In this document: one piece after another, positions 45,537-54,008 of the stretch | Layout: each line of letters begins with the position of its first letter | Position numbering within the stretch: the first letter of the stretch is position 1 | NCBI GenBank assembly: GCA_964651255.1 | Contig: CAZYWU010000007.1 | Coordinates: 7,817 to 71,816, forward strand | Direction: 5' to 3' | Length of the DNA: 64,000 nt | Source: an uncultured Anaerolineales bacterium | GTDB lineage: Bacteria; Chloroflexota; Anaerolineae; UBA1429 | Translations under genes and position numbers: made by a program | The notes under the pieces: model-generated | The model's database searches: none | The model's input: the letters and a program-made list of their open reading frames with translations, nothing else | Told to the model about the DNA's origin: nothing

Positions 45537-46658
45537 CTAGTCCCAGTATGCCTGCGGCGCGTCCTCCAGGACGGCCAGCGCTGCCCGTTGGCGGGCCATC
45601 CGGCTGCGCACTGCCCGATACAGCCCCTCGGTCGTCTCGTCGATATCCAGCAGGCTGTTAGTGTATGGATCTGCCTTGGTCGCGGCGTTGACCTGGGCGA
45701 TCCACTCTGGTTCCAGATCGCCCGCGCCCGAAAGCGCCCCGGCGAGCCCCGCTGCCACCGCCGCCAGGCAGTCGGTGTCGCGGCCAAAGTTGACCGCGGC
45801 GATCATGGCTGGACGAAGTTGTCCACCTGTGGCAGCCACGATGGCCAGTCCCTTGGCGACCACCTCGTTGGCCTGCGACTGGCCGTAGACGATATAGTTG
45901 CCGCCCGAATAGTAGGCGTTCAGCTCGTCCCACATACCCATAGGATCGCCGGGATGGCCGGCCGCAATCTCCAGCGCCCGCTCGACTTCGCGCTCGACAC
46001 GGTCATAGCCGCCATAGGGCGTATTCTTTTGCGAACGGTAGGCCGCGAACTCGCGCGCGGTGTCAAGCACCGACTCGATCGTGGCGTTCGGGCTGAGCGC
46101 GGCCGCCAGCGCCGCGTCATAGAGTGCGGCCCAGCGCAGCGCAAAAGTTGTCTCGTTCGCATAGACCAGGCCCACATCATAGACATCTGCCGCCGCTGCC
46201 GCGGGGTCCCCAGCGTTGATAATCCCCAGTGTGTGGCTGGCGCGCGCCATGGAGACGACGTTGTTGAACGGCCAGAGGCGCCCCAGCTCGCGCGGGGGCA
46301 CACCGGCACGCGCCATCTCGAGCAAGCTCTTGTCAAAGGGCTCCTGCTTGTACCGCATCCGGTCAGGATCAAGCACGTCCACCCAGACGGTCACAAAGTC
46401 GTCCGCGGTGATGCGGTCCTGCTTGCGAATGACGGCCAGGTTCATCAGTTTCTGCCGCTCGATGCCATCCTCGGTGGTGCCAGGCAACCGCTGCCAGTCG
46501 GTGTACGAGGTATAGTGCTTGTAGGATCGCAGTTCCTGCAAGGTGCCATAGGTTTGCTGGATGCGCTCGCGCGACCAGCCCTCGACCGCCGCGCCCATGG
46601 CCGAGCCGACCCACGAGCCGGCGATACATCCGCGTATCTTGTCCTTCAAAGTGAGCAT
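45537..46658 (-). CDS. ADP-ribosylglycohydrolase family protein (ARH/DraG fold)
   Basis: CIAGSWVGSAMGAAVEG N-terminal signature and the C-terminal dimetal Asp/Thr block (NFGRDTDCLAAVAAGLAGA). Confidence 0.85.
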   Translation of the reverse strand: MLTLKDKIRGCIAGSWVGSAMGAAVEGWSRERIQQTYGTLQELRSYKHYTSYTDWQRLPGTTEDGIERQKLMNLAVIRKQDRITADDFVTVWVDVLDPDRMRYKQEPFDKSLLEMARAGVPPRELGRLWPFNNVVSMARASHTLGIINAGDPAAAAADVYDVGLVYANETTFALRWAALYDAALAAALSPNATIESVLDTAREFAAYRSQKNTPYGGYDRVEREVERALEIAAGHPGDPMGMWDELNAYYSGGNYIVYGQSQANEVVAKGLAIVAATGGQLRPAMIAAVNFGRDTDCLAAVAAGLAGALSGAGDLEPEWIAQVNAATKADPYTNSLLDIDETTEGLYRAVRSRMARQRAALAVLEDAPQAYWD

Positions 46659-46736
46659 CTGTATCTCCTCTCCACGCTCAGACTGTCCACGCGGAGTATA
46701 CCCGATACCGCCCGCGCCGGCACGCTACCTCAGCGG

Positions 46737-47705
46737 CTAGCTGACGCGAATCCCCAGCGTCAGGTCGAGACGGTTACGCAGCGGCTCGCCCCGCACATAG
46801 CGGCCGAGGTTCTCCTCAAAGATCGCCAGGGCACGCTCGTCATAGGCGGGAGTGCTGCCCGAATAGTGCCCAGTAATGAGGACATTGTCCAGGTCCCAGA
46901 GGGGCGAGTCGGCGGGCAGGGGCTCGGGGTCCGTGACGTCTAGCCCGGCGCCCGCGATCTGACCGCTGCGTAGCGCCTCGATCAGTGCCTCCTGATCGAT
47001 GGTGCCGCCACGACCGATGTTGTATATGGTAGCAGTGGGCTTCATCAGGGCAAGCTGCCTGGCGCCGATAAGGTGCTGCGTCTCAGGCGTCAAAGGCACG
47101 GTCAGCACGACGAGATCGGCCTCCGGCAGCACGGCATCCAGCTCCGCTGGACTTACCATGCGTTCGATGCCGCGCACCTGTCGCTCCGGGTCGCGCCGCA
47201 CCCCGATCACGTGCATCTCCAGGGCGGCCGCCAGACGCGCTGTGCGCTGGCCGATGGCGCCCACACCGATCAGCAGCAGCGTCTTGCCCGCCAGCTCGAA
47301 CACGGGATGCGACCAGCCGCCCCGCAGCCACTCATGCCGGTCCTGAGCCCGTACCGCATCGGGAATCTGCCGCGCCAGCGCCAGCATCATGGCCAGCAGG
47401 TGCTCGCTGATCGGCACAGCATGGACCCCAGACGCATTGGTGACCACAAGATCGCGTTCACGGATCTCGGGATGCTCTATGATCCATTCGGCACCCGCGC
47501 CCCATTGCTGGTACCAGCGCAGATGCGGCATCGCCAGCACCGTCTCAAGCGCGATGTGTCCTGAAACGACCTCAATATCCGCCATCGCCGCGGCAATGGC
47601 GTCAACATCGCGGGTCACCAGCAGGTCGTAGCCGGTCGCCAGCAAGCGCAGCCGCTCCGCTGTCTCCGGGGCAAGATGATCCATGGCTAACAATACTGTG
47701 GGCAT
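46737..47705 (-). CDS. D-isomer-specific 2-hydroxyacid dehydrogenase family protein (second copy)
   Basis: Start is at MPTVLLAM with a GGAGGTG RBS. GxGxxG LIGVGAIGQRTA. Catalytic His in ITGHYSG. Confidence 0.8.
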   Translation of the reverse strand: MPTVLLAMDHLAPETAERLRLLATGYDLLVTRDVDAIAAAMADIEVVSGHIALETVLAMPHLRWYQQWGAGAEWIIEHPEIRERDLVVTNASGVHAVPISEHLLAMMLALARQIPDAVRAQDRHEWLRGGWSHPVFELAGKTLLLIGVGAIGQRTARLAAALEMHVIGVRRDPERQVRGIERMVSPAELDAVLPEADLVVLTVPLTPETQHLIGARQLALMKPTATIYNIGRGGTIDQEALIEALRSGQIAGAGLDVTDPEPLPADSPLWDLDNVLITGHYSGSTPAYDERALAIFEENLGRYVRGEPLRNRLDLTLGIRVS

Positions 47706-47803
47706 ACGCACCTCCGAATTCCCTTGGGCCAGCCTTTGCTGCCAGAGACGAGCACCGGCAGGAGGCTGTTCCTGCCGGTGGATGGAACGAGACAAACCGT
47801 GAA

Positions 47804-48229
47804 TCAGGCCAGATAAGCCATTTGCTTGGCGTCAGGCGTGTACTGGTGCAGCTCGATGCGGTTGCCATCGGGATCCGCCAGCCAGGCCTGGTAAGCGCCG
47901 TCGCCGCCGAGCTTGACCTCGCCCACCTCGACGCCACGCTCGCGCAGCACCGACACAGTGCGATGAATGTCCTCAACTTCGAGGCAGATATGGCGGTAGG
48001 ACTGGCCCTCGGCGGGCTCGCTCAGGGTGCCCACGAAGAGCTCGATAAAATTGCGCCCGCCGGCGTAAATGTACTGGCCGTGCCAGGTCCCATCGGGACG
48101 GCGGAACTCGAACGCTTTGGTCATGCCGAGCTGGCCGCAGTAAAAGTCCACCGAGGCCTGCAGGTCGGAGACGGTAAAGCAGACGTGCGCGAGGCAGGAG
48201 ACGATCTTGGCGTCGGACTGTTCGCTCAT
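47804..48229 (-). CDS. VOC-family protein (glyoxalase / bleomycin-resistance / dioxygenase fold)
   Basis: HVCFTVSDLQASVDFY beta-alpha-beta-beta-beta module repeated twice. 141 aa. Confidence 0.8.
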   Translation of the reverse strand: MSEQSDAKIVSCLAHVCFTVSDLQASVDFYCGQLGMTKAFEFRRPDGTWHGQYIYAGGRNFIELFVGTLSEPAEGQSYRHICLEVEDIHRTVSVLRERGVEVGEVKLGGDGAYQAWLADPDGNRIELHQYTPDAKQMAYLA

Positions 48230-48405
48230 GGTTGGGTTCCTTTCACTGGCAGTATGCGTACGATCTCACAGGCGTGCTGATTATATCACCCCCTGTCGGA
48301 GCCCGCGACAAAGCTCGCGCCCGTGGTTGGCAGCCGACCGCCGCCAGTGTATCCTTGGCGAAACGTCAGATCAGTAGCTCGAAACTGCCAGCAAAGGAGT
48401 GCCCC

Positions 48406-49635
48406 GTGACTGCAGAACCCAGGCCGCTCGAACAATACCGCGCCGATGACGGGCGTGGCCTCAAAATCCGCTGCGTCGAACCATTCTCCCTGCATGTGCC
48501 CACCCGGCCCTTTTCCACCGTGTGGACTTTTTGCCGCATCACTACCGAGGAGGGACTCGTGGGCCTCGGCGAGGGCATCGGCACCCCCGGCCCGGTGTGC
48601 GCCGCCATCCAGTACTTTGGCAACTCGCTGGTGGGTCAGTCCGCCTGGGACATAGAGCGGCTCTGGGTGGGCATGTACCGCGCCGCAGAGTTCAGCCGCA
48701 GCGGTGTGAACCAGGCCGCCATCAGCGCCATCGACATCGCGCTGTGGGACCTGGTGGGACAAAAGACCGGCCTGCCCGTCTATGCCCTGCTCGGCGGCAA
48801 GGTCAACGACCGCGTGCCGATCTACCACCACCCCTGGGATGAGGTAGGCGATGAGTCGGCCTTTGCCGAGGGGCGCCTGCGGCAGGGCTATGTGGAGGCG
48901 ACCCGGGACCTGGTGGCGCAGGGGATCATCGCCGGCAAGCTGGACCCCTTCCCGCGCGAGCCGGGCTATAACCGGGAGATCTCGCCCTTTGCACTGCGCT
49001 ATGCCACCGACATCATCCGACAGATACGCGAGGGCGGCGGCCCGGATTACAGGATCTGTGTCGAAATGCACGCGCGCTTTAATGTCGGCTCGGCACTACG
49101 CATCGCGCAGGCCCTGGAGCCCTACGATCCCTTCTGGATTGAGGAACCCGTGGCACCCGAGAGCCTGGCCGAGACGCGCGAGGTGCAGCGCGCCACCCCG
49201 CTGGCGGTGGCCACCGGGGAGCGCCTTTACCAGCGCATCGATTTTCGCGATGCGTTCGAGCAGCGCTGCTGCCGTATCATCCAACCCGACATCGCCCACG
49301 TAGGCGGCATCACCGAGATGAAAAAGATCGGCGCCCTGGCCGACGCCTACTATGTCACGGTGGCCCCTCACGAGTGGAACGGCCCGGTGACGCTGCTCGC
49401 GGGTGCGCATGTGGGCGCGACGCTGTCCAACCTGCTCATGTGCGAGTACCACATACAGCTCAAGGGCGTGCTCGAAGACACCATGCCAGATGGTTATCGC
49501 TATGATCCGCAGTATATTGACCTGCCCGAGACACCGGGCATCGGCGTGGCCTTTTCTGAGGCTTACATCCGCGAGCACCGTGTCGACCCGGATGCTTACG
49601 GGCGCACGGGCTATGTGGGGCACATCCGCTTCTAG
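48406..49635 (+). CDS. Mandelate racemase/muconate-lactonizing-enzyme family protein (enolase superfamily), third copy
   Basis: GTG start after an AAGGAG RBS (the track ORF extends upstream). AISAIDIALWDLVGQKTGLPVYALLGG capping/barrel junction. Metal ligands in VEMHARF / IEEP / QPD. Confidence 0.8.
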   Translation: MTAEPRPLEQYRADDGRGLKIRCVEPFSLHVPTRPFSTVWTFCRITTEEGLVGLGEGIGTPGPVCAAIQYFGNSLVGQSAWDIERLWVGMYRAAEFSRSGVNQAAISAIDIALWDLVGQKTGLPVYALLGGKVNDRVPIYHHPWDEVGDESAFAEGRLRQGYVEATRDLVAQGIIAGKLDPFPREPGYNREISPFALRYATDIIRQIREGGGPDYRICVEMHARFNVGSALRIAQALEPYDPFWIEEPVAPESLAETREVQRATPLAVATGERLYQRIDFRDAFEQRCCRIIQPDIAHVGGITEMKKIGALADAYYVTVAPHEWNGPVTLLAGAHVGATLSNLLMCEYHIQLKGVLEDTMPDGYRYDPQYIDLPETPGIGVAFSEAYIREHRVDPDAYGRTGYVGHIRF

Positions 49636-49728
49636 CCGGGAACGCACTTGACGGTCGCTGGCAAGATTAACGGCCAGGTACGCACAGTACAGCTATCAGA
49701 ACAAATATACAGACAGTAGGAGAGCGCC

Positions 49729-50997
49729 ATGCGCGTTGACTTGAAATACGGCAAGACGGGGCTGCAGGTCACCCTCCCCGATGACGCCACCGTGATTTAC
49801 CCCAAAGAGATGCCCGGGCTGCCAGACGAACAGGCGGCGCTGCGCGCTGCGCTGGCGATGCCGATCGGCATGCCCCCGCTCTCGCGCGTCGTCCAGCCTC
49901 GAGATCGTGTGGCGATAGTATTCAGCGACATCACCCGTCCCATGCCCTCCGACCGCGTGCTGCCAGTGCTGCTGCAGGCATTGGACGGCCTCGTCCCCCG
50001 CGAGCAGATCCTGCTGATCAACGGCACGGGGACGCACATGGCCAACACCCGCGAGGAATTGATCGGAATGCTGGGCCAGAAGATCGTGGACAACTATCGC
50101 GTCGTGAACCACGATGCCTGGGACAATGACAATCTGTTGGATCTGGGTATGACGCCGCAGGGCCATCGTGTGCTGGTGAACAAGGCCTTCTACCAGGCCG
50201 ATTTCAAGATCCTGACAGGCTTTATCGAGCCGCACATCTTTGCCGGGTTCAGCGGCGGGCCCAAGGCGGTGCTGCCGGCCGTGGCCGGTATCGACAGCAT
50301 CATGGATAATCATGGCTTTGCGATGCTGAACGATCCTCGTGCCACCTGGGGCCGCCTCGAGGGCAACCCGGTTTGGCAAGAGATGCGGGCTTTCGCCACA
50401 ATGGCCAAACCCGACATGATTCTTAATGTGACGCTCAACCGCCTGGGTCAGATCACAGGCGTTTTCGCCGGCCAGATGGACCTGGCCCACGCCCAGGGAG
50501 CGGCACAGGTGCGCGAGCACGCCATGGTGCCCGTGGACGGCCATTTCGATGTGGTGCTGACCACCAACAGCGGCTATCCGCTGGACATTAACCTGTACCA
50601 GACCGTCAAGGGGCTCTCGGCGGCCGCACAGGTGGTGAAACCTGGCGGAAGTATCATCGTGGCCAGCGAGTGTCGCGGCGGTATCCCCGACTATGGCGAG
50701 TACCGCAACCTGGTGGTGGAGGGCGGCTCGGCCGAGGGGATCCTCAAGCTGGTCGGCGCGCCTGGGTTCCGGCGGCACGACCAGTGGGAGGCGCAGTTGC
50801 ACGCCTTTATCATGCAGGCTGCACAAGTCTTTGTATACAGCGACGGCCTGAGCGACGACCAGGTGCGCGAGATGCTGTTTACGCCCGTTCACGATATCGA
50901 GGCCACGGTGACGCGCGAACTGGAACGACACGGGCCAGGCGCCCGCCTGCTGGTGATCCCCGAGGGGTCTCAGAGCATCCCCTACATCGCGTCTTGA
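49729..50997 (+). CDS. LarA-family protein (nickel-pincer-nucleotide-dependent lactate racemase / 2-hydroxyacid racemase-epimerase homolog)
   Basis: N-terminal DUF2088 pattern (VIYPKEMPGL...RDRVAIVFSDITRP) and the LarA C-terminal domain. About 420 aa. Confidence 0.8.
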   Translation: MRVDLKYGKTGLQVTLPDDATVIYPKEMPGLPDEQAALRAALAMPIGMPPLSRVVQPRDRVAIVFSDITRPMPSDRVLPVLLQALDGLVPREQILLINGTGTHMANTREELIGMLGQKIVDNYRVVNHDAWDNDNLLDLGMTPQGHRVLVNKAFYQADFKILTGFIEPHIFAGFSGGPKAVLPAVAGIDSIMDNHGFAMLNDPRATWGRLEGNPVWQEMRAFATMAKPDMILNVTLNRLGQITGVFAGQMDLAHAQGAAQVREHAMVPVDGHFDVVLTTNSGYPLDINLYQTVKGLSAAAQVVKPGGSIIVASECRGGIPDYGEYRNLVVEGGSAEGILKLVGAPGFRRHDQWEAQLHAFIMQAAQVFVYSDGLSDDQVREMLFTPVHDIEATVTRELERHGPGARLLVIPEGSQSIPYIAS

Positions 50998-51010
50998 GCA
51001 AAGGAGCATC

Positions 51011-53050
51011 ATGACCAGATCACTTGCCCGAATCCTGCCCCCGCCGCAGCAGATCAGCCCTGCGGAGGGCTGCTTTCGCCTGGACGCACGGACCCGCATC
51101 CTGATTGTTCCCGAGAGTGGACCCGAAGCGTTCGCCGCGGCGAGCAGCCTGCGGGCCGAGATCAAGACGACAACGGGGCTGCGGCTGCAGATTCTCCGGA
51201 CAGCCCGGCCGCCGCGCCGCGAGAATGTCATCCTGCTCTGCGACGACCCCGGGGCCGCGGCAGAGTACCTGGGCATCCCCTTCCCCTCGGAGGGGAGCGC
51301 CGGACACGGCGAGCAGGCCTATACCGTTTCGATCTCGCCCGAGCGCGTGCTGGCCGGCGGTGAGGGCGCCGTCGCGCTGCATTATGCCGTCCAGACGCTG
51401 CGACAGATCGTGCGGCTGCAGGGCACCATCTGGAGCGCGTGCCAGATCGAAGACTGGCCGGTGCTGGCTTACCGGGGCGTGATGCTGGATATCTCGCGCG
51501 GCAAGGTGCCCACGCTGGATACACTCAAGGCCATCGTGGATTTCTGCGCCCTGTTCAAGATGAATGTGCTGCAGCTCTACACAGAGCACACCTTTGATTT
51601 CGCCAGCCACCCGCAGATCGGGCTGGGATCCGATCCCCTCACCAGCGAGGACATTCTCACGCTGGATGCCTATGCCCGCGAGCGGCATGTGGAGCTGATG
51701 CCTAACCTGAACTGCTTTGGCCATTGCGCCCACCTGCTCAGCCTGCCCGAGTTCGCCCACCTGGCCGAGTCCGCGGTGCCCTGGACGCTCACGCCGGTAG
51801 ACGAAGGCACCTACACCCTCCTGGGCGACATGCTGGACGACATGCTGCCCGCCTTTTCCTCGCGCGTGTTCAACGCCGGCTGCGATGAGACTTGGGACCT
51901 GGGCAAGGGCCGCTCGGCAGCGCTGGCAGCGGAGATCGGCGTAGGGCGCGTGTATTTGCAGCACCTGCAGCGTCTGCATGCCATGGCGCGCGAGCGCGGC
52001 TATCGCATCCAGTTCTGGGGCGACATCCTGCTGCACCACCCCGAGCTAGTCCCTGAGCTGCCCGAAGACGTCACCCTGTTGGACTGGCACTATGAGGCGC
52101 AGGACGATTACCCCTCGTTGAACATCTTTGCCGAGAGCGGGCGGCCCTTCTGGGTGTGCCCGGGCACCTCGTCCTGGAATACACTGTTCCCGCGCCTCGA
52201 GAACGCCAACGGCAACATCCGCACCCTGGCCCGCCTGGGGGCCGAGCGCGGCGCGGAGGGTCTGCTCAATACCGACTGGGGCGATCACGGGCACTATCAG
52301 CCGCTAGGGCAATCCTGGTACGGCTATGCCTATGGCGCCGTGCAGGCCTGGACAGGAGGCGCCACCGAGGACGCCGACTTTGATCCGCGTTTCGGACGCA
52401 TCTGGTTCGGTAGCCGTGGGGAAGAGATCGTCGAGGCGATACGCGCGCTCGGCCGGCTGAACACGCTTGAGGGCATGCCCCGGCCCAACAGCAGCAACAG
52501 CATCACCATGCTGCTGGAGGAGCCGCTGGCAGGCGAGCTCGCCGATGTCGTTCCGGGTGAGACGCTCGATGAGATCGCCAGAGTCACGGCCGAGGCGGAG
52601 GCCATCTTTCGCGCCGCCTGGGGACATAGCCGTGATCGGATCGCACTGGAGGAGATGATCAACTCGGCGCAGTGGATGGCCTATGCCGCCAAAAAGGTGC
52701 GAGCTACGGCCGCGATCCGCACATCACTGGCTGGCGCCGAGGACCGCCGCGCCGTTGCGGCCGCTGGCGTGCCAGGTTTGCGAGAGATGGAGCGCGCCCT
52801 CGCCCCGCTGCAGGCCGAGTTTGTGCGCCTCTGGCGCCGGCGCGCACGGGAATCCGAGATCGGCCAGCATCTGGGTGCGCTGGCCGCCCTGCGCGAGCGC
52901 TTTGCCCTGGCGCAAGCATGGCTGGGCACCATCGCGGCCGGCGAACGAGACGAACTCGATATTGATGCCTATCTGGCGTCGACACCGCGCTATGAGATCC
53001 TGGGGCAGCATTTCTGGCGGCTGATGCGCGAGGTCAACGACAGCCTGTAG
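51011..53050 (+). CDS. GH20 family beta-N-acetylhexosaminidase-like protein
   Basis: AYRGVMLDISRGKVPTL TIM-barrel start and an H/N-x-G-x-DE catalytic-pair region (FNAGCDETWDLG). The C-terminal ~200 aa are helical and unassigned. Confidence 0.8.
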   Translation: MTRSLARILPPPQQISPAEGCFRLDARTRILIVPESGPEAFAAASSLRAEIKTTTGLRLQILRTARPPRRENVILLCDDPGAAAEYLGIPFPSEGSAGHGEQAYTVSISPERVLAGGEGAVALHYAVQTLRQIVRLQGTIWSACQIEDWPVLAYRGVMLDISRGKVPTLDTLKAIVDFCALFKMNVLQLYTEHTFDFASHPQIGLGSDPLTSEDILTLDAYARERHVELMPNLNCFGHCAHLLSLPEFAHLAESAVPWTLTPVDEGTYTLLGDMLDDMLPAFSSRVFNAGCDETWDLGKGRSAALAAEIGVGRVYLQHLQRLHAMARERGYRIQFWGDILLHHPELVPELPEDVTLLDWHYEAQDDYPSLNIFAESGRPFWVCPGTSSWNTLFPRLENANGNIRTLARLGAERGAEGLLNTDWGDHGHYQPLGQSWYGYAYGAVQAWTGGATEDADFDPRFGRIWFGSRGEEIVEAIRALGRLNTLEGMPRPNSSNSITMLLEEPLAGELADVVPGETLDEIARVTAEAEAIFRAAWGHSRDRIALEEMINSAQWMAYAAKKVRATAAIRTSLAGAEDRRAVAAAGVPGLREMERALAPLQAEFVRLWRRRARESEIGQHLGALAALRERFALAQAWLGTIAAGERDELDIDAYLASTPRYEILGQHFWRLMREVNDSL

Positions 53051-53070
53051 TCTTGAGCAGCTATGACAAG

Positions 53071-53101
53071 GCAGCGGGGGGAGCAATGCTCCCCCCGCTG
53101 C
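53071..53101. terminator. Strong hairpin (perfect 14-bp GC-rich stem GCAGCGGGGGGAGC/GCTCCCCCCGCTGC, 3-nt loop) between convergent genes; probable bidirectional terminator
   Basis: Read from the sequence. It lies 20 nt after the GH20 stop and about 90 nt after the stop of the convergent small membrane-protein gene. Confidence 0.7.
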
Positions 53102-53189
53102 TTCACTCCCGGGGAGGGGGGTGCGTGGATGACGCGCTCGCCAGCGCGAGCGGGTGCCTGGCCTGACGCGATCCGCGGCCGGGCCGCGC

Positions 53190-53474
53190 TCAGGTCGGGT
53201 TAGGCTTGTCGACAATGCGCTCGATGACAATCGAGCAGTCGGTCGCCAATGCCGCAAAGGCGCCCACCGCCGCCAGCACCGGCGCAAACACCACGCCCAC
53301 GGCAGCCAGCGTAAGCGGCAGCTCCAGCACACTCTCGCCATCGTGCTTGATCACGATACGCCGTATATTGCCTTCGTGCAGCAACTCTTTGACCTTGTCC
53401 ACCAGCTGCGACCCGTCGACCTTGATCTCCTCGCGACGCACTCCGGGATCTGCGGTCTCAAATGGCTCTGTCAT
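53190..53474 (-). CDS. Small membrane-anchored protein (DUF4342-like, tentative)
   Basis: Start is at MTEPFE with an AGGAGG RBS. Soluble N-terminal ~55 aa followed by one C-terminal hydrophobic helix. Confidence 0.55.
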   Translation of the reverse strand: MTEPFETADPGVRREEIKVDGSQLVDKVKELLHEGNIRRIVIKHDGESVLELPLTLAAVGVVFAPVLAAVGAFAALATDCSIVIERIVDKPNPT

Positions 53475-53510
53475 GATACCTCCTGCCAGCAAATGATACT
53501 GCAATGCCGT

Positions 53511-53774
53511 CTACCGCGAGACGACTCTGAACGTATATCCCAGCACGATGCCGAGAACGAATACCAGCGCCGCCACGTGTGGGAAACCGACTCCCAGCAG
53601 TATGGCGAGCACCAGCGGAAGCTGAATCAGGGTCTCGCCCTTACGACCTATGATCAGCGTCTGCTTCCACAACGTGTTCCAGGCCTTTACCAGCTGATCC
53701 CCGAAGGTCGGCTTGGGAGCCGCGCCTCCCTGACTGGCACCTGGCTGCTCATCGATGTCGAATGGTTCTGTCAT
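53511..53774 (-). CDS. Small membrane-anchored protein, paralog of the adjacent gene (DUF4342-like, tentative)
   Basis: Start is at MTEPFDIDE with an AGGAGA RBS. Same architecture and shared N-terminal MTEPF and (L/I)xLPL motifs as the neighbouring gene. Confidence 0.5.
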   Translation of the reverse strand: MTEPFDIDEQPGASQGGAAPKPTFGDQLVKAWNTLWKQTLIIGRKGETLIQLPLVLAILLGVGFPHVAALVFVLGIVLGYTFRVVSR

Positions 53775-54008
53775 GATGATCTCTCCTGAATTATGGCACA
53801 CATTCACAATCCAATCTCTATACGCAAACACTGCCTGCAGGTTGCTCGCTCGGGAGAGAATTCTTGGCTCCTACCCTGGCGCAAGCAAGGAACTATGGTC
53901 AACATACGGGAAGGCGATCCATCGCGCTCAACAAAGCCTGTTCGCGCCCGCCAAAGCAGGATGAAGGGAATGTGTCATAGCCAGGCACGCCTCGTGTGCA
54001 GCGCTATG

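Noticed and set aside
44394-46943. 849-aa plus-strand ORF, the longest ORF in the window.
   Set aside because: It lies antisense to two well-supported genes (GH4 and ADP-ribosylglycohydrolase). The composition is Arg/Gly/Pro/Ala-rich and low-complexity, with no domain motifs. This is the classic long antisense ORF of high-GC DNA.
49696-51276. 526-aa minus-strand ORF, and similar long antisense ORFs (5848-7074 +, 7194-8144 +, 10281-11288 +, 11938-12882 +, 13244-14104 +, 18173-19297 +, 24915-26075 +, 36724-38172 -, 38351-39379 -, 42445-43539 +, 43570-44676 +, 51020-52039 -, 60248-61519 -).
   Set aside because: Each overlaps, on the opposite strand, a gene with clear family motifs. They lack RBSs and motifs and have GC-driven amino-acid bias. 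They are treated as non-coding.
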